DNA of 64,000 nt, from contig CAMKOM010000003.1 of NCBI GenBank assembly GCA_946414435.1, forward strand, positions 68,086 through 132,085. The letters are read 5' to 3'. A model generated the notes under the pieces. That model did no database searches. It had not been told where the DNA came from and worked only from the letters and a program-made list of their open reading frames with translations. Positions 15,385-24,582 of the stretch are shown piece by piece. Both the position numbers and the translations under genes were made by a program. Numbering within the stretch: position 1 is the first letter of the stretch; each line of letters begins with the position of its first letter. This DNA is from an uncultured Bacteroidota bacterium (lineage in GTDB: Bacteria; Bacteroidota; Bacteroidia; Bacteroidales; SZUA-534).

Positions 15385-17208
15385 ATGAAAGGACTAAAGC
15401 GAATACTGCAATATGTTTTTCCGAAATACACAGGGCAAGCCATATTGAATTTTCTGTTTGTCGGCATATCGGCCATAGCCGGATTGTGCTCATTTACAAT
15501 GGTTATTCCGTTTCTGAATGTGCTGTTCGACCAGACAATCGAGACGCCCGAGCTTGTTGAGTTCGACTGGACCGGCGAGTCGGTTATAAACATATTCAAC
15601 TATCACTTAGTCAATGTGATAAACACCTACGGCAAGTCAACGGCGCTGCTCTATCTGTCGGCGTTTATTATGGCGGCCATCTTCCTGAAAACCGGATTCT
15701 GGTACACATCGAAACTGGCGATGATAAACATCCGCTACGGCATCATCCGCGACCTGCGTAACTCGCTGTATAACAAGATTACACGCCTGTCGCTCGGTTT
15801 CTATTCCGATGAGCACAAGGGCGATGTGATGTCGCGAATGACCAACGATGTGAACGAAGTTGAGACATCGGTTCTGCGCTCGTTCGACGTAATTTTCAAA
15901 GACCCGATAACGCTGATTGCATCGATGGTGCTGCTCGTTTATATGAGCCCCAAACTCACCATTTTTGTGCTGATTATGCTGCCAATTTCGGGTGGAATTG
16001 TTGGCCGGATAGGCAGCTCGCTGCGCAAAAAATCCACTGTGGTTCAGAGCAAGTTGGGCAGCCTTATGTCGCTGATTGAAGAGACTTTGGGCGGTTTGCG
16101 AATCATCAAGTCGTTCAACGCGCACGACAAAGTTTACGGCAGCTTCCGCGAAGAGAACCGGCAGTTTATCTACGAATCGAAGCGGATGATGCGCCGCCGC
16201 GACCTTGCCGGCCCAATCAGCGAGTTCCTTGGCTCGCTCATTCTGATTATTGTTCTGTGGTTTGGCGGAAGCCTTGTGTTGAGCGGCGACAGCACCTTGT
16301 CAAGCTCGCAACTCATTGGTTATCTGGTAATTTTCTCGCAGATGATTTCACCGGCAAAGCAACTCATCGATGCTTGGTACGGCATTCAGAAAGGTCTTGC
16401 TTCGAGCGACCGCATTGACGCTCTGCTGAATGCCGAAATCGCCATCCGCGACAGCGAGAACCCGAAACCGATAGCCAAATTCGACAACGACATTGAGTAC
16501 CGCAACGTATCATTCAAATATGTTAACGAACTGGTTCTGAAAGACATAAACCTGACCATCAAGAAGGGGCAGACGGTTGCGCTCGTTGGGCAGTCGGGCT
16601 CGGGCAAATCAACAATGGTTGACCTTCTGCCGCGGTTCTACGATGTGGTGGGCGGCGGAATCTACGTTGACGGCACCAACATCAAAGACTTGAAAATCGT
16701 TGACTTACGGCGGTTGATGGGCATCGTGGGACAAGAGAGTTTCCTGTTCAACGACACCATTTTCAACAACATCGCCTTTGGCGTTGAGCACGCCACGATG
16801 GAGCAGGTGATTGAAGCCGCCAAAATCGCCAACGCGCACGATTTTATTATGGAAACGCCCGACGGCTACCAAAGCACCGTGGGCGACCGCGGCGGCAAGC
16901 TCTCAGGCGGTCAGCGGCAGCGCATCAGCATTGCGCGTGCCATCCTGGCCAACCCGCCGATTATGATTTTGGACGAAGCCACTTCGGCGCTCGACACCGA
17001 GTCGGAAAAACTGGTTCAAGACGCGCTCTTCCGCCTGATGGAAAACCGCACGTCAATCGTCATCGCCCACAGGCTCTCAACGGTTGTGAACGCCGACCTG
17101 ATTTGCGTTCTGCAAGACGGCGAGATTATTGAGCGCGGCACCCACGCCGAACTGATGGCTCTGGGCGGCCAATACAAGAAACTGCACGATATTCAGACAT
17201 TTGCGTAA
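15385..17208 (+). CDS. ABC transporter permease/ATPase fusion (MsbA-like exporter)
   Basis: There is a six-TM-like N-terminal half. Walker A is GQSGSGKST, the signature is LSGGQRQRISIARA and Walker B is IMILDEATSALD. Confidence 0.9.
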   Translation: MKGLKRILQYVFPKYTGQAILNFLFVGISAIAGLCSFTMVIPFLNVLFDQTIETPELVEFDWTGESVINIFNYHLVNVINTYGKSTALLYLSAFIMAAIFLKTGFWYTSKLAMINIRYGIIRDLRNSLYNKITRLSLGFYSDEHKGDVMSRMTNDVNEVETSVLRSFDVIFKDPITLIASMVLLVYMSPKLTIFVLIMLPISGGIVGRIGSSLRKKSTVVQSKLGSLMSLIEETLGGLRIIKSFNAHDKVYGSFREENRQFIYESKRMMRRRDLAGPISEFLGSLILIIVLWFGGSLVLSGDSTLSSSQLIGYLVIFSQMISPAKQLIDAWYGIQKGLASSDRIDALLNAEIAIRDSENPKPIAKFDNDIEYRNVSFKYVNELVLKDINLTIKKGQTVALVGQSGSGKSTMVDLLPRFYDVVGGGIYVDGTNIKDLKIVDLRRLMGIVGQESFLFNDTIFNNIAFGVEHATMEQVIEAAKIANAHDFIMETPDGYQSTVGDRGGKLSGGQRQRISIARAILANPPIMILDEATSALDTESEKLVQDALFRLMENRTSIVIAHRLSTVVNADLICVLQDGEIIERGTHAELMALGGQYKKLHDIQTFA

Positions 17209-17247
17209 AAAATCTTTATATTTACAAACAACTAATATTAAATCGAA

Positions 17248-17832
17248 ATGAAAACAAAACAACTTTTGGCAATATGCCTGATGATTGCGACAACACTGAC
17301 CGCAACAGCACAAAAACATCAAACTTTCAAAAGCGTACCCATCGACGGCAAAACAAGCACCTTCATCAATCAGCTGAAACAGAAAGGTTTTAATGCGGTT
17401 GACGATTCAGAAACACTAACCGGCACCTTCGCCGGCTATGACGATTGCGAAGTGACGGTGCTCTCATCGGCGCAGACCAATAATGTTTACGGCGTCAGGG
17501 TGAAAATTCCGATGTGCGCGCCACTATCGATTTATGCCGAATACAAAAAGCTGCAAGCTGCACTGACCGAAAAATATGGCGAACCGCTGAAACCCGAAAA
17601 TGAGCAAACGACTAAAGAAGATGACTTTATTACAGCACTTTACAAATTGATTGCCGATGTGAAAGAGACTTTCGAATTCCCGTATAACAGCGTTTTCGAC
17701 ACCGGCAACGGCAATGTTCTGCTGAATGGTGCTTGGATTGCATCGGAATGCGGTGGCGGTTACATTATTATGACTTACATCGATAAAGTCAACAACGACT
17801 TGCAACAGAAAAGCATCTACGACGATTTGTAG
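17248..17832 (+). CDS. Hypothetical secreted protein
   Basis: ATG start and signal peptide MKTKQLLAICLMIATTLTATAQ. No family recognised. Confidence 0.6.
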   Translation: MKTKQLLAICLMIATTLTATAQKHQTFKSVPIDGKTSTFINQLKQKGFNAVDDSETLTGTFAGYDDCEVTVLSSAQTNNVYGVRVKIPMCAPLSIYAEYKKLQAALTEKYGEPLKPENEQTTKEDDFITALYKLIADVKETFEFPYNSVFDTGNGNVLLNGAWIASECGGGYIIMTYIDKVNNDLQQKSIYDDL

Positions 17833-17840
17833 ATAAACCC

Positions 17841-18557
17841 CTATCCTCGCCGCTGATTCTTCACAAACGCATCAAAAAACTCGTCTCTAAAACTCTCGCC
17901 GATAGCGATTTCGTGCGGGCCAATGTAAATGTCGTTGTTGTCGAAGGCATCGATATGGGTGGTGTTGACAATGTACGACTTGCTGACGCGCATAAACATC
18001 GACGGCGGCAGCAAGGCTGATATGCCTTTCAGGTTCATTCGGGTGATAATCTTCTGATTTTCAAGTTGAAGCACCACGTAATCCTTCAGGCCTTCGACAA
18101 ACAGAATGTCGGCAAAGCAGACCTTGCAATACTTGCGGTCCGACTTGACGAAAAAGTAATCGTCGGCACCTGGCTCAATGTTCTGCTTGTCGCCCTGCGT
18201 GAGCAGTTTGAAGTAACTGACTGCCTTGTCGACAGCCTTCAGAAAACGCTCTTTTTCAACTGGTTTTACAAGGAAATCAACGGCATCAACCTCGTAACTG
18301 TCAATAGCGTATTCGGAATAGGCGGTGGTGAAAATCACGAGCGTCTGCGGCGAAATGGTGCGGGCGAACTCAATGCCCGTCAGGCCTGGCATCTGAATGT
18401 CGAGAAAGGCCAAATCGACCTGCGTCTGCGACAGGAAGCGCTGCGCCGCCAATGCGCTGCCGAACGTCCCTACAAGCGTCAGTTCGGGCGCCGACTCAAG
18501 CAGAATCTCTATCGCCTCGCGGGCAAGGGGCTCATCATCAACTATTATGCAGTTCAT
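17841..18557 (-). CDS. LytTR-family response regulator
   Basis: The receiver domain has IIVDDEPLAREAI...DLAFLDIQMPGLTG. The C-terminal LytTR DNA-binding domain has KVCFADILFVEGLKDYVVLQ. Confidence 0.9.
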   Translation of the reverse strand: MNCIIVDDEPLAREAIEILLESAPELTLVGTFGSALAAQRFLSQTQVDLAFLDIQMPGLTGIEFARTISPQTLVIFTTAYSEYAIDSYEVDAVDFLVKPVEKERFLKAVDKAVSYFKLLTQGDKQNIEPGADDYFFVKSDRKYCKVCFADILFVEGLKDYVVLQLENQKIITRMNLKGISALLPPSMFMRVSKSYIVNTTHIDAFDNNDIYIGPHEIAIGESFRDEFFDAFVKNQRRG

Positions 18558-18606
18558 TGTGTGTCAGTTTAACAAGTTGAACAGGTTGATACATATTTAT
18601 TTGGAC

Positions 18607-18714
18607 GTCAGACATCAGACTACAGACAACAGACTTTTCACTTCTGCCTTTTAACTTATGCCTTTTATCTAAATTGTTCATTGTCAATTTTCAACTTTCA
18701 ATTTTCAATTCAAT
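18607..18714. repeat. Periodic word block (CAGACA-type, then CAATTTT-type)
   Basis: GTCAGACATCAGACTACAGACAACAGAC is at 18607-18634 and TCAATTTTCAACTTTCAATTTTCAATTCAAT at 18684-18714. A similar two-part block lies at 25442-25543. The right part overlaps the last codons of the kinase gene. Confidence 0.75.
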
Positions 18715-19752
18715 CGTCAACCTCACCGTAAATATACCATTTTCATCGGTAATGGAAAGCGTGTGCCGATTATTATAGAGCAGTTCGAGCCGTCGGCTGA
18801 TATTTTTCAGGCCAATGCCGCTGGCTTTGGTGGGCACGGGCGCAACGGCGGGCTTCGAGTTCTGGCATACAAACGTCAGCAAACCATCTGCAAGACAGAA
18901 ACTTATGTTCACCCACGAGCCGTTTTCGCCATCGCTGTTGTGCTTCACGGCGTTCTCGACAAACGGAATGAAAAGCAGCGGCGGCACCTCAACGCCATCG
19001 GTAATACCGTCAGTATCAATCTTATAAGTGAAGCCCGTGCGGCGCACCTGCTCAAGGTCGAGAAAATCGCGAAGGAACTGTATGTCGGTCAGCAGGTTGA
19101 CGCGCTCGCGGCGGCTGTCGGCAAACTGGTAGCGAATTAGGTCCTCGAGCCTGTAGAGTAGCGCCGACGCCTGCGCGGGCTCGCGGCGCACAAGCACGTT
19201 GACGTTGTTTATCATATTGAACAGAAAATGCGGATTTATCTGTTGCTTAAGCATTTTCAACTCCGTCTGCGCCGTGGCGGCCTGCAATTCGCGGTTGCGC
19301 AGGTTCTGCAGCGCCGTCCGTCGGAACAGCAGCAGACTAGTTGGCGCCACCGACAGCAAAACCATCGACAGAAAACTCGACGCGACGTTTATTGAACTTA
19401 TAATCAGCGAATTATGAACGGCGTAATTCACAAAAACTTCCGACAGCACCTTCAAAACGCCGAACGGCAGCGAAAGCAGAATTGTGGAAATGGTGAATTT
19501 CAGAATCTTGTCTTTGAAGAAGAATCGTGGTGTGAGTATGTAAATATTTACGTACCAACACGTTAGCAGATAGGCGTACATTATCAGCCACTGCGGCACG
19601 TTCTGGCGGCTGAAATCGAAAATCCGTCCGTCGGCGGCACCGAATGCGTTGAGCGACATCATAAATATCGGCAATTGGAACAGCAAATGTCTGACAATCC
19701 GATACTTGCCACTGAAAAGCACTTTGTTGAAGAAACTGTCGAAGGTGGCCAT
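18691..19752 (-). CDS. Sensor histidine kinase, LytS/YehU type (His_kinase + HATPase)
   Basis: H-box QQINPHFLFNMINN, N-box PFVENAVKHN and G-box SGIGLKNISRRL are present, with a multi-TM N-terminus. The ATG at 19750-19752 is preferred because the 19779 start in the ORF track is a TTG. Confidence 0.85.
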   Translation of the reverse strand: MATFDSFFNKVLFSGKYRIVRHLLFQLPIFMMSLNAFGAADGRIFDFSRQNVPQWLIMYAYLLTCWYVNIYILTPRFFFKDKILKFTISTILLSLPFGVLKVLSEVFVNYAVHNSLIISSINVASSFLSMVLLSVAPTSLLLFRRTALQNLRNRELQAATAQTELKMLKQQINPHFLFNMINNVNVLVRREPAQASALLYRLEDLIRYQFADSRRERVNLLTDIQFLRDFLDLEQVRRTGFTYKIDTDGITDGVEVPPLLFIPFVENAVKHNSDGENGSWVNISFCLADGLLTFVCQNSKPAVAPVPTKASGIGLKNISRRLELLYNNRHTLSITDENGIFTVRLTIELKIES

Positions 19753-19754
19753 AA

Positions 19755-20771
19755 CTAACGGATTGGAATTGTTAGACAAATGTGTGCGGGACTGATTGTC
19801 AGCGAGTAACGGTCGGCATAGAGCAGCGACAGACGCTTGCGGGCATCGGCAAAATCGGCATCGGCGCGACCATCGGCAAGCGTAAACCGCAGATTATCAG
19901 CATCTACCGTGAACAGGCAATCGATATTGCCAACTGGCTGGCTGTACTGCATCAGCGACGTGAAGACGAGCGGCGGCACCATAACGCCCATTATCGAGCC
20001 TTCGACATTGATTGTGAACGATTTACAAACGCCATCGAACTGCAGGACGGCGAGATATTCGCGCACGAAATCAATCTCGCTCTTGAGCAGCGACCGCTCG
20101 CGGCGGCTGTCGTAGAGTTGGTATCGCAGCACCTTGCTGAACTGCAGCAGCGCGGCCGACGTGGCTTCGGCATCGCTTTGCGTGCGCTGCCCGCAGGTGT
20201 GAAGCGTGGTGCAGAGCATTTCGGGCGAAATCTGCTGTTTTATCAGCGCCGACTCCATCTGCGCCTGCTCCGCCTGCTGCTGCTGGCTGCACTGTTGCTC
20301 CTGCGCCATTTGCTTTATGCAAAGTCCTAATAATACGCCAATTACAACTATAAACCACTGCATATTGAGCACCATCGCGTCGAGCGCAATGTAGTGCAGC
20401 GGGGCCGAGTAGCGCGACGCAATGTGGCTTTGGGCGCAAATGCCGCCTTCAATCACATACTGCAGCACCACAAACACCGTGGAAACGGCTATCAGCGTAA
20501 TGGTGAACAGCCCGTAGCGGCCGCGGTTGAGAATGCGCGGCACAAGCACCTCGACAAGCGCCGCAAGCAGCGCTACCTTGCAAAGAAAACAATTGCTAAT
20601 CAGCAATATAACGACAAATCGGTGGGCCGCGTCGCCGAGCAGCATACTGTAGTTGAACGTTATCTCGGAAACGCTGAAAACGAGCATCGCAACGCACAGG
20701 CTGGCGTACCGCAACCAATGGAAGCGGCGGTCGAGAAGCAGGGCGGTGATTATGGAATTTTGTGTTAACAT
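19755..20771 (-). CDS. Degenerate LytS-type sensor kinase paralog (predicted catalytically inactive)
   Basis: The architecture matches the neighbouring kinase, but the H-box reads QQISPEMLCTT (no His). The N-box reads FTSLMQYSQP (no Asn or His), and there is no glycine-rich lid. Its stop lies 2 nt before the ATG of the intact kinase. Confidence 0.7.
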   Translation of the reverse strand: MLTQNSIITALLLDRRFHWLRYASLCVAMLVFSVSEITFNYSMLLGDAAHRFVVILLISNCFLCKVALLAALVEVLVPRILNRGRYGLFTITLIAVSTVFVVLQYVIEGGICAQSHIASRYSAPLHYIALDAMVLNMQWFIVVIGVLLGLCIKQMAQEQQCSQQQQAEQAQMESALIKQQISPEMLCTTLHTCGQRTQSDAEATSAALLQFSKVLRYQLYDSRRERSLLKSEIDFVREYLAVLQFDGVCKSFTINVEGSIMGVMVPPLVFTSLMQYSQPVGNIDCLFTVDADNLRFTLADGRADADFADARKRLSLLYADRYSLTISPAHICLTIPIR

Positions 20772-20861
20772 TTCAATTTCGATTCAGACAAATTTAGTGT
20801 TTTTTGTCAAGCAACAACCTCACGCGCCTTCAGTTATTCAATCAATCAGTCCTTCAATCCT

Positions 20862-23207
20862 TTAAAACTCAATCTTATAAGCGATATTCGGCAACGAGAG
20901 TTTCACGGTGTACGGCTCAATTTCGTGGGTGCGCAGGTTGCAGACGTGGTCGTAGTAGCCCTTGTTGTTGGTCATATCGATAACGAAACTGTGCGACACG
21001 CGGCGCTTGTTGATTGTGAGACGGGCCGAGTAGTTGTAGGCGATTGCCGTTCCGTACTGCTCGCTGAAGGCGCGGGTTTCGTCAAGGCGGGCGGCGCCAT
21101 CAATCGAGTGGATAATCTCGTAGGGCGTCACATCGTCGGCCACGGGCGCGTGGCGGTCGCCACCCTGGACGGTGACTTTCGCGCTCAACGCAAAAACGTT
21201 CTGTTTCTCGCTTCCAAACATCCATTCCTTACCGCCTAACACATTGATAACGTAGTTTCTATCGTAGCGCGAGTGGTACCAATGACCGTCGCCGCCGCGG
21301 TAGCGCGAACTGAAAATGGAAGCCGTGGTCATTCCGTACCAACCATTATTCAGGTAGCGCTCAAGGGTGACATCAACGCCGTAGTTTCGGCCCAAGCCTT
21401 TGTTAACCAACGCTTTGTCGATATAATACTCGATATGGTTGAGCACCGAGAACGACGTGCCTTCCTCAACTGGAACATCGAACAAATGCTGATAGAACGG
21501 CTCGATTTTGAGCAACGAGTTCTCGGTGAGTTTCAGGCTGTACGACAGCATAAAGTGGTGTGCGCGAGTGAATTGCAAATCATCGTTGACAAGTTCGCCG
21601 CCGATTTTAACGAAATAGACATCGGTCTTCTCGCGACGGCTGTGAAGGCCGTAGGCAGCGGCAAAAGTTGAGCGCGCGGTCGGCTGCCAACGCAGTCCCA
21701 CGCGGGGCTCAAGGCTGACGGCACCGTTCAGGCGCAGGCTCTCGAGATTCAGTCCCGCGGTGAGCGTCAACTCGTTGCTCAAACTCAACTGGTGGCTGGT
21801 GTAGGCCGACAGCAAACCCGACGCGCCATCGGCTTCAAACACCGTGTAGAGCGGCTGGCCGATAGTGTCGCCGCGCTGCATCTGAATGTCGTACAGAAAA
21901 TGCGTGTAGTGAACGCCGTTTTTCATTGTGTAGCGTGCCGACACCTTGCGGCTATGTGCCACATCCACAATCAAATCGGTGTACGTTGTCGACATTTCAA
22001 CCGCAGGAAGGTCGTAGGCGTTGGTGCTGAAATTGTACGCTTTTCGGTCGGCTTCCATTGTGTTGGCGGTGGCGGCCAAAGTGGTTGTGAGTTGCCCGCC
22101 GCGCGGCAGTAAAATATGGTGTTTCAGGCCGATAGCACCCATTTTCTGTTTCGATTTGCCTTGATTTATGTCGAAACTGGTTTCCCATTCGGCGGTGTCG
22201 GAAACGGTTTTCTCATCGCTGTCGATAAGCCCCGTGCCCCAAACAGAGAACGTTCCCGCCGATTTTGTGGGCAGATTCACCTTGAAGTTTATATCCTGAT
22301 AATCAACCACTTCGCCGCCCATATCAACCCAATCCATTTTCGACGCCAAACCAAGCGACGAATATCGGTAATTGATTATGTATGAAGCATTTCGATCTTT
22401 GCCGATAGGGCCTTCCGAAGCAAAATCGATACCCAACGTGCCGAACTGGAAGGTGTGCTCATATTTCTCGTTGTTGCCTTGGCGCATTTTCATATCGAAA
22501 ACACCCGAAACAGCGTCGCCATACTCGGCAGGGAAAGCGGCTGTGAAGAAATCGGAATTGCCTAACACAAAAGCACTTAGCGATGACATCAGTCCGCCGC
22601 CCGCCACCGAAATGTCGGCAAAGTGGTTCGGGTTCGGAATCTCGACGCCCTCAATGCGCCACGAGAGCAGGCGCGGCGCGTTGCCGTGGATTGAAATGCC
22701 GTTGGTGCAGCCGTCTTGCGACACGCCCGCAAACGAACTTGCCAAGCGCGCGGGGTCGCCGAAACCGCCTGCATAGCGGCTTGCTTCCTCAATCGAGAGC
22801 ATCCGCGCGCCCGTCGAAGCCATCTTGTTGAGTGGCTGTTGCTTGTTGATTTGTGGACGGACGGTCACCTCGCCCAATGTCGTCACCGACTCGTGCAAGC
22901 CTGCCTCAACATAGGTCTCTTTTGCCGACGACACCATCAACTCTTTCATTATCAGAGGTTCGTAGCCGACAGCCTGCGCCACAACCGTATGGCGGCCAAC
23001 GGGCACGTTCTTAATCACAAACCGTCCGTCGGCATCGGCTGCGGTGCCCTGCGTAGGCTGGTCGTCAAGGAAAACCGTGGCAAACGGCACTGGTCCGCCC
23101 GACGCCGCGTCGAAAACCAACCCCCTAATGTTCTGTGTGAACGACTGCGCTTCAACCAACTGATTCTGAAGCAATAAGCAAACTGCAAAGATTAAAATCT
23201 GTTTCAT
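20862..23207 (-). CDS. TonB-dependent receptor with N-terminal carboxypeptidase-D-like regulatory domain
   Basis: The ATG at 23205-23207 gives the signal peptide MKQILIFAVCLLLQNQLVEAQ (the track start at 23213 is a TTG). It has an IRGLVFDAASGGPVPFATVFL domain, a plug-like region and a beta-barrel-like C-terminus ending YKIEF. Confidence 0.8.
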   Translation of the reverse strand: MKQILIFAVCLLLQNQLVEAQSFTQNIRGLVFDAASGGPVPFATVFLDDQPTQGTAADADGRFVIKNVPVGRHTVVAQAVGYEPLIMKELMVSSAKETYVEAGLHESVTTLGEVTVRPQINKQQPLNKMASTGARMLSIEEASRYAGGFGDPARLASSFAGVSQDGCTNGISIHGNAPRLLSWRIEGVEIPNPNHFADISVAGGGLMSSLSAFVLGNSDFFTAAFPAEYGDAVSGVFDMKMRQGNNEKYEHTFQFGTLGIDFASEGPIGKDRNASYIINYRYSSLGLASKMDWVDMGGEVVDYQDINFKVNLPTKSAGTFSVWGTGLIDSDEKTVSDTAEWETSFDINQGKSKQKMGAIGLKHHILLPRGGQLTTTLAATANTMEADRKAYNFSTNAYDLPAVEMSTTYTDLIVDVAHSRKVSARYTMKNGVHYTHFLYDIQMQRGDTIGQPLYTVFEADGASGLLSAYTSHQLSLSNELTLTAGLNLESLRLNGAVSLEPRVGLRWQPTARSTFAAAYGLHSRREKTDVYFVKIGGELVNDDLQFTRAHHFMLSYSLKLTENSLLKIEPFYQHLFDVPVEEGTSFSVLNHIEYYIDKALVNKGLGRNYGVDVTLERYLNNGWYGMTTASIFSSRYRGGDGHWYHSRYDRNYVINVLGGKEWMFGSEKQNVFALSAKVTVQGGDRHAPVADDVTPYEIIHSIDGAARLDETRAFSEQYGTAIAYNYSARLTINKRRVSHSFVIDMTNNKGYYDHVCNLRTHEIEPYTVKLSLPNIAYKIEF

Positions 23208-23269
23208 ATCCAATTGTTTTTAAGTTTCTGGTGCCAAAAGTAGGTTGGCCGCCATCACCAATTTTTAAT

Positions 23270-23306
23270 TGTATACGAAACGGGGTGTGCTGTATACGAA
23301 ACGGGG
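23270..23306 (-). promoter_or_regulatory. Tandem direct repeats TGTATACGAAACGGGG x2 (21-bp period) upstream of the receptor promoter
   Basis: Exact 16-mers lie at 23270-23285 and 23291-23306. The -7 box TACTTTTG is on the minus strand at 23242-23235. The repeats therefore sit at roughly -40 to -80. Confidence 0.55.
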
Positions 23307-23349
23307 AATTTTGAGAGAAATGAATATATTGATGGAATATGTACTAGAC

Positions 23350-23381
23350 GGAAACACAAAGGGCGAATTGAGATTCGCCCA
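23350..23381 (-). terminator. Hairpin terminator downstream of the Fic gene
   Basis: The hairpin is GGGCGAAT-TGAG-ATTCGCCC (23361-23380), followed on the minus strand by TTTGTGTTT. Confidence 0.65.
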
Positions 23382-23417
23382 TATTTTAAATTCGCATTAT
23401 TTTTTGTCTGCGACCAA

Positions 23418-24512
23418 CTAATCGTTCACTACCCAAAATCCGTTGCGCTTGCCGTTTATACGGCGAATGATGCCAAGTTTTGCCAAACGAACGGTGAGCG
23501 TTTTCACCGTGCGCTCCGATTTGCCAATTTGTTCTGCTATCTCTTTTTGTGTGGCATTTGGCTTCTGCTTAATAATTTTCAGAACCGCCAATTCGTCCAA
23601 AGTGCAATTTTTGCACTTTGAAAATAGTTTTTCATCAGTTTTTGCACTTTGAATTGCACTTTGGAACATTTTTTCGTCCCAATCAACGTGTAACTCACGA
23701 TTCGACAACGGATTGTGCTCATCTAAAAGCATATTGCGGAAGAAACGCACAAGAAAAGATATGTCGAAATTGATGTTTCTCAGCACGTTGGTATAATTTG
23801 CCCTTACGAGTGCGTTCCGGAAGAACCATGAATTATCTGCAAAAATAACGTTGTCAGCATCAAACCCCAATGTCCGCAGATATTTTATAATAAACACAGC
23901 CGTAGTGCGTGTGTTGCCTTCACCAAAAGGGTGAATCTGCCAAATGTTGCTGCAGAATCGCGCAATATGCTCAATTGCGGCAGCAATATCAACCATTGAA
24001 TAATCGAACGTCCGTTCTTGCTCAAAATCATATTCGAGCGTTTGCCTGATGACATCGGCGCTCGCATAATAAACTGATTCGCCATTGAGCACCCACTCGC
24101 GTTTGGTGATATTATAGTCACGGATGCGTCCTGCGAATTTATATATGCCAAAGAACAGATGTTTGTGAATTGCAGTGAGTTGCGTTGGATTAAAGGTGAA
24201 TGTTTGTTCCGACAGTAATTCAGCAATCCGCACCGACACTTTGTCGGCTTCTTCGGTGTCTTCTGTTTCGCTGCCATGACGCTGTTGTGCTGATTGGTAA
24301 TAACTTTCAATCAGTTCGTTAGCTTTACGAATGGTAATATTTCCGTCAATATGCTGACGCGCAGTTTCAAGCAGATAATCTGACGTGTGCAAACCGTCAA
24401 CCTGTTGCAAACCAATAGCAGTTTGCCATATACGACCGCGCTCCTGCTGAGCTGGCTCTCTTTGGCGGATATATTCTTCAAGATTAAACGTTTGTTTCAG
24501 ATTGTCAGTCAT
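23418..24512 (-). CDS. Fic/DOC-family protein with C-terminal winged-HTH
   Basis: The Fic motif reads HPFGEGNTRTTAVF (GNTR in place of the canonical GNGR). The C-terminus is ATQKEIAEQIGKSERTVKTLTVRLAKLGIIRR. The ATG at 24510-24512 is preferred because the track start is a TTG. Confidence 0.85.
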   Translation of the reverse strand: MTDNLKQTFNLEEYIRQREPAQQERGRIWQTAIGLQQVDGLHTSDYLLETARQHIDGNITIRKANELIESYYQSAQQRHGSETEDTEEADKVSVRIAELLSEQTFTFNPTQLTAIHKHLFFGIYKFAGRIRDYNITKREWVLNGESVYYASADVIRQTLEYDFEQERTFDYSMVDIAAAIEHIARFCSNIWQIHPFGEGNTRTTAVFIIKYLRTLGFDADNVIFADNSWFFRNALVRANYTNVLRNINFDISFLVRFFRNMLLDEHNPLSNRELHVDWDEKMFQSAIQSAKTDEKLFSKCKNCTLDELAVLKIIKQKPNATQKEIAEQIGKSERTVKTLTVRLAKLGIIRRINGKRNGFWVVND

Positions 24513-24582
24513 CTGCAATATTGTAAAAACTTTTGCCTAAACCGCGCAAAAGCATCGTAAAGATACGAATAATTTGGATTTA

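Noticed and set aside
14544-15599. Long antisense ORFs. These are 351 aa opposite purB, 56806-58134 opposite araA, 51371-52360 opposite the SLT gene, 48326-49219 opposite wzc, and several opposite the SusC-like gene such as 467-1171 and 1709-2485.
   Set aside because: Each lies entirely inside a confidently identified gene on the other strand. Their composition is low-complexity and Arg/Ala/Val/His-rich with no recognisable motifs. This is typical of shadow ORFs.
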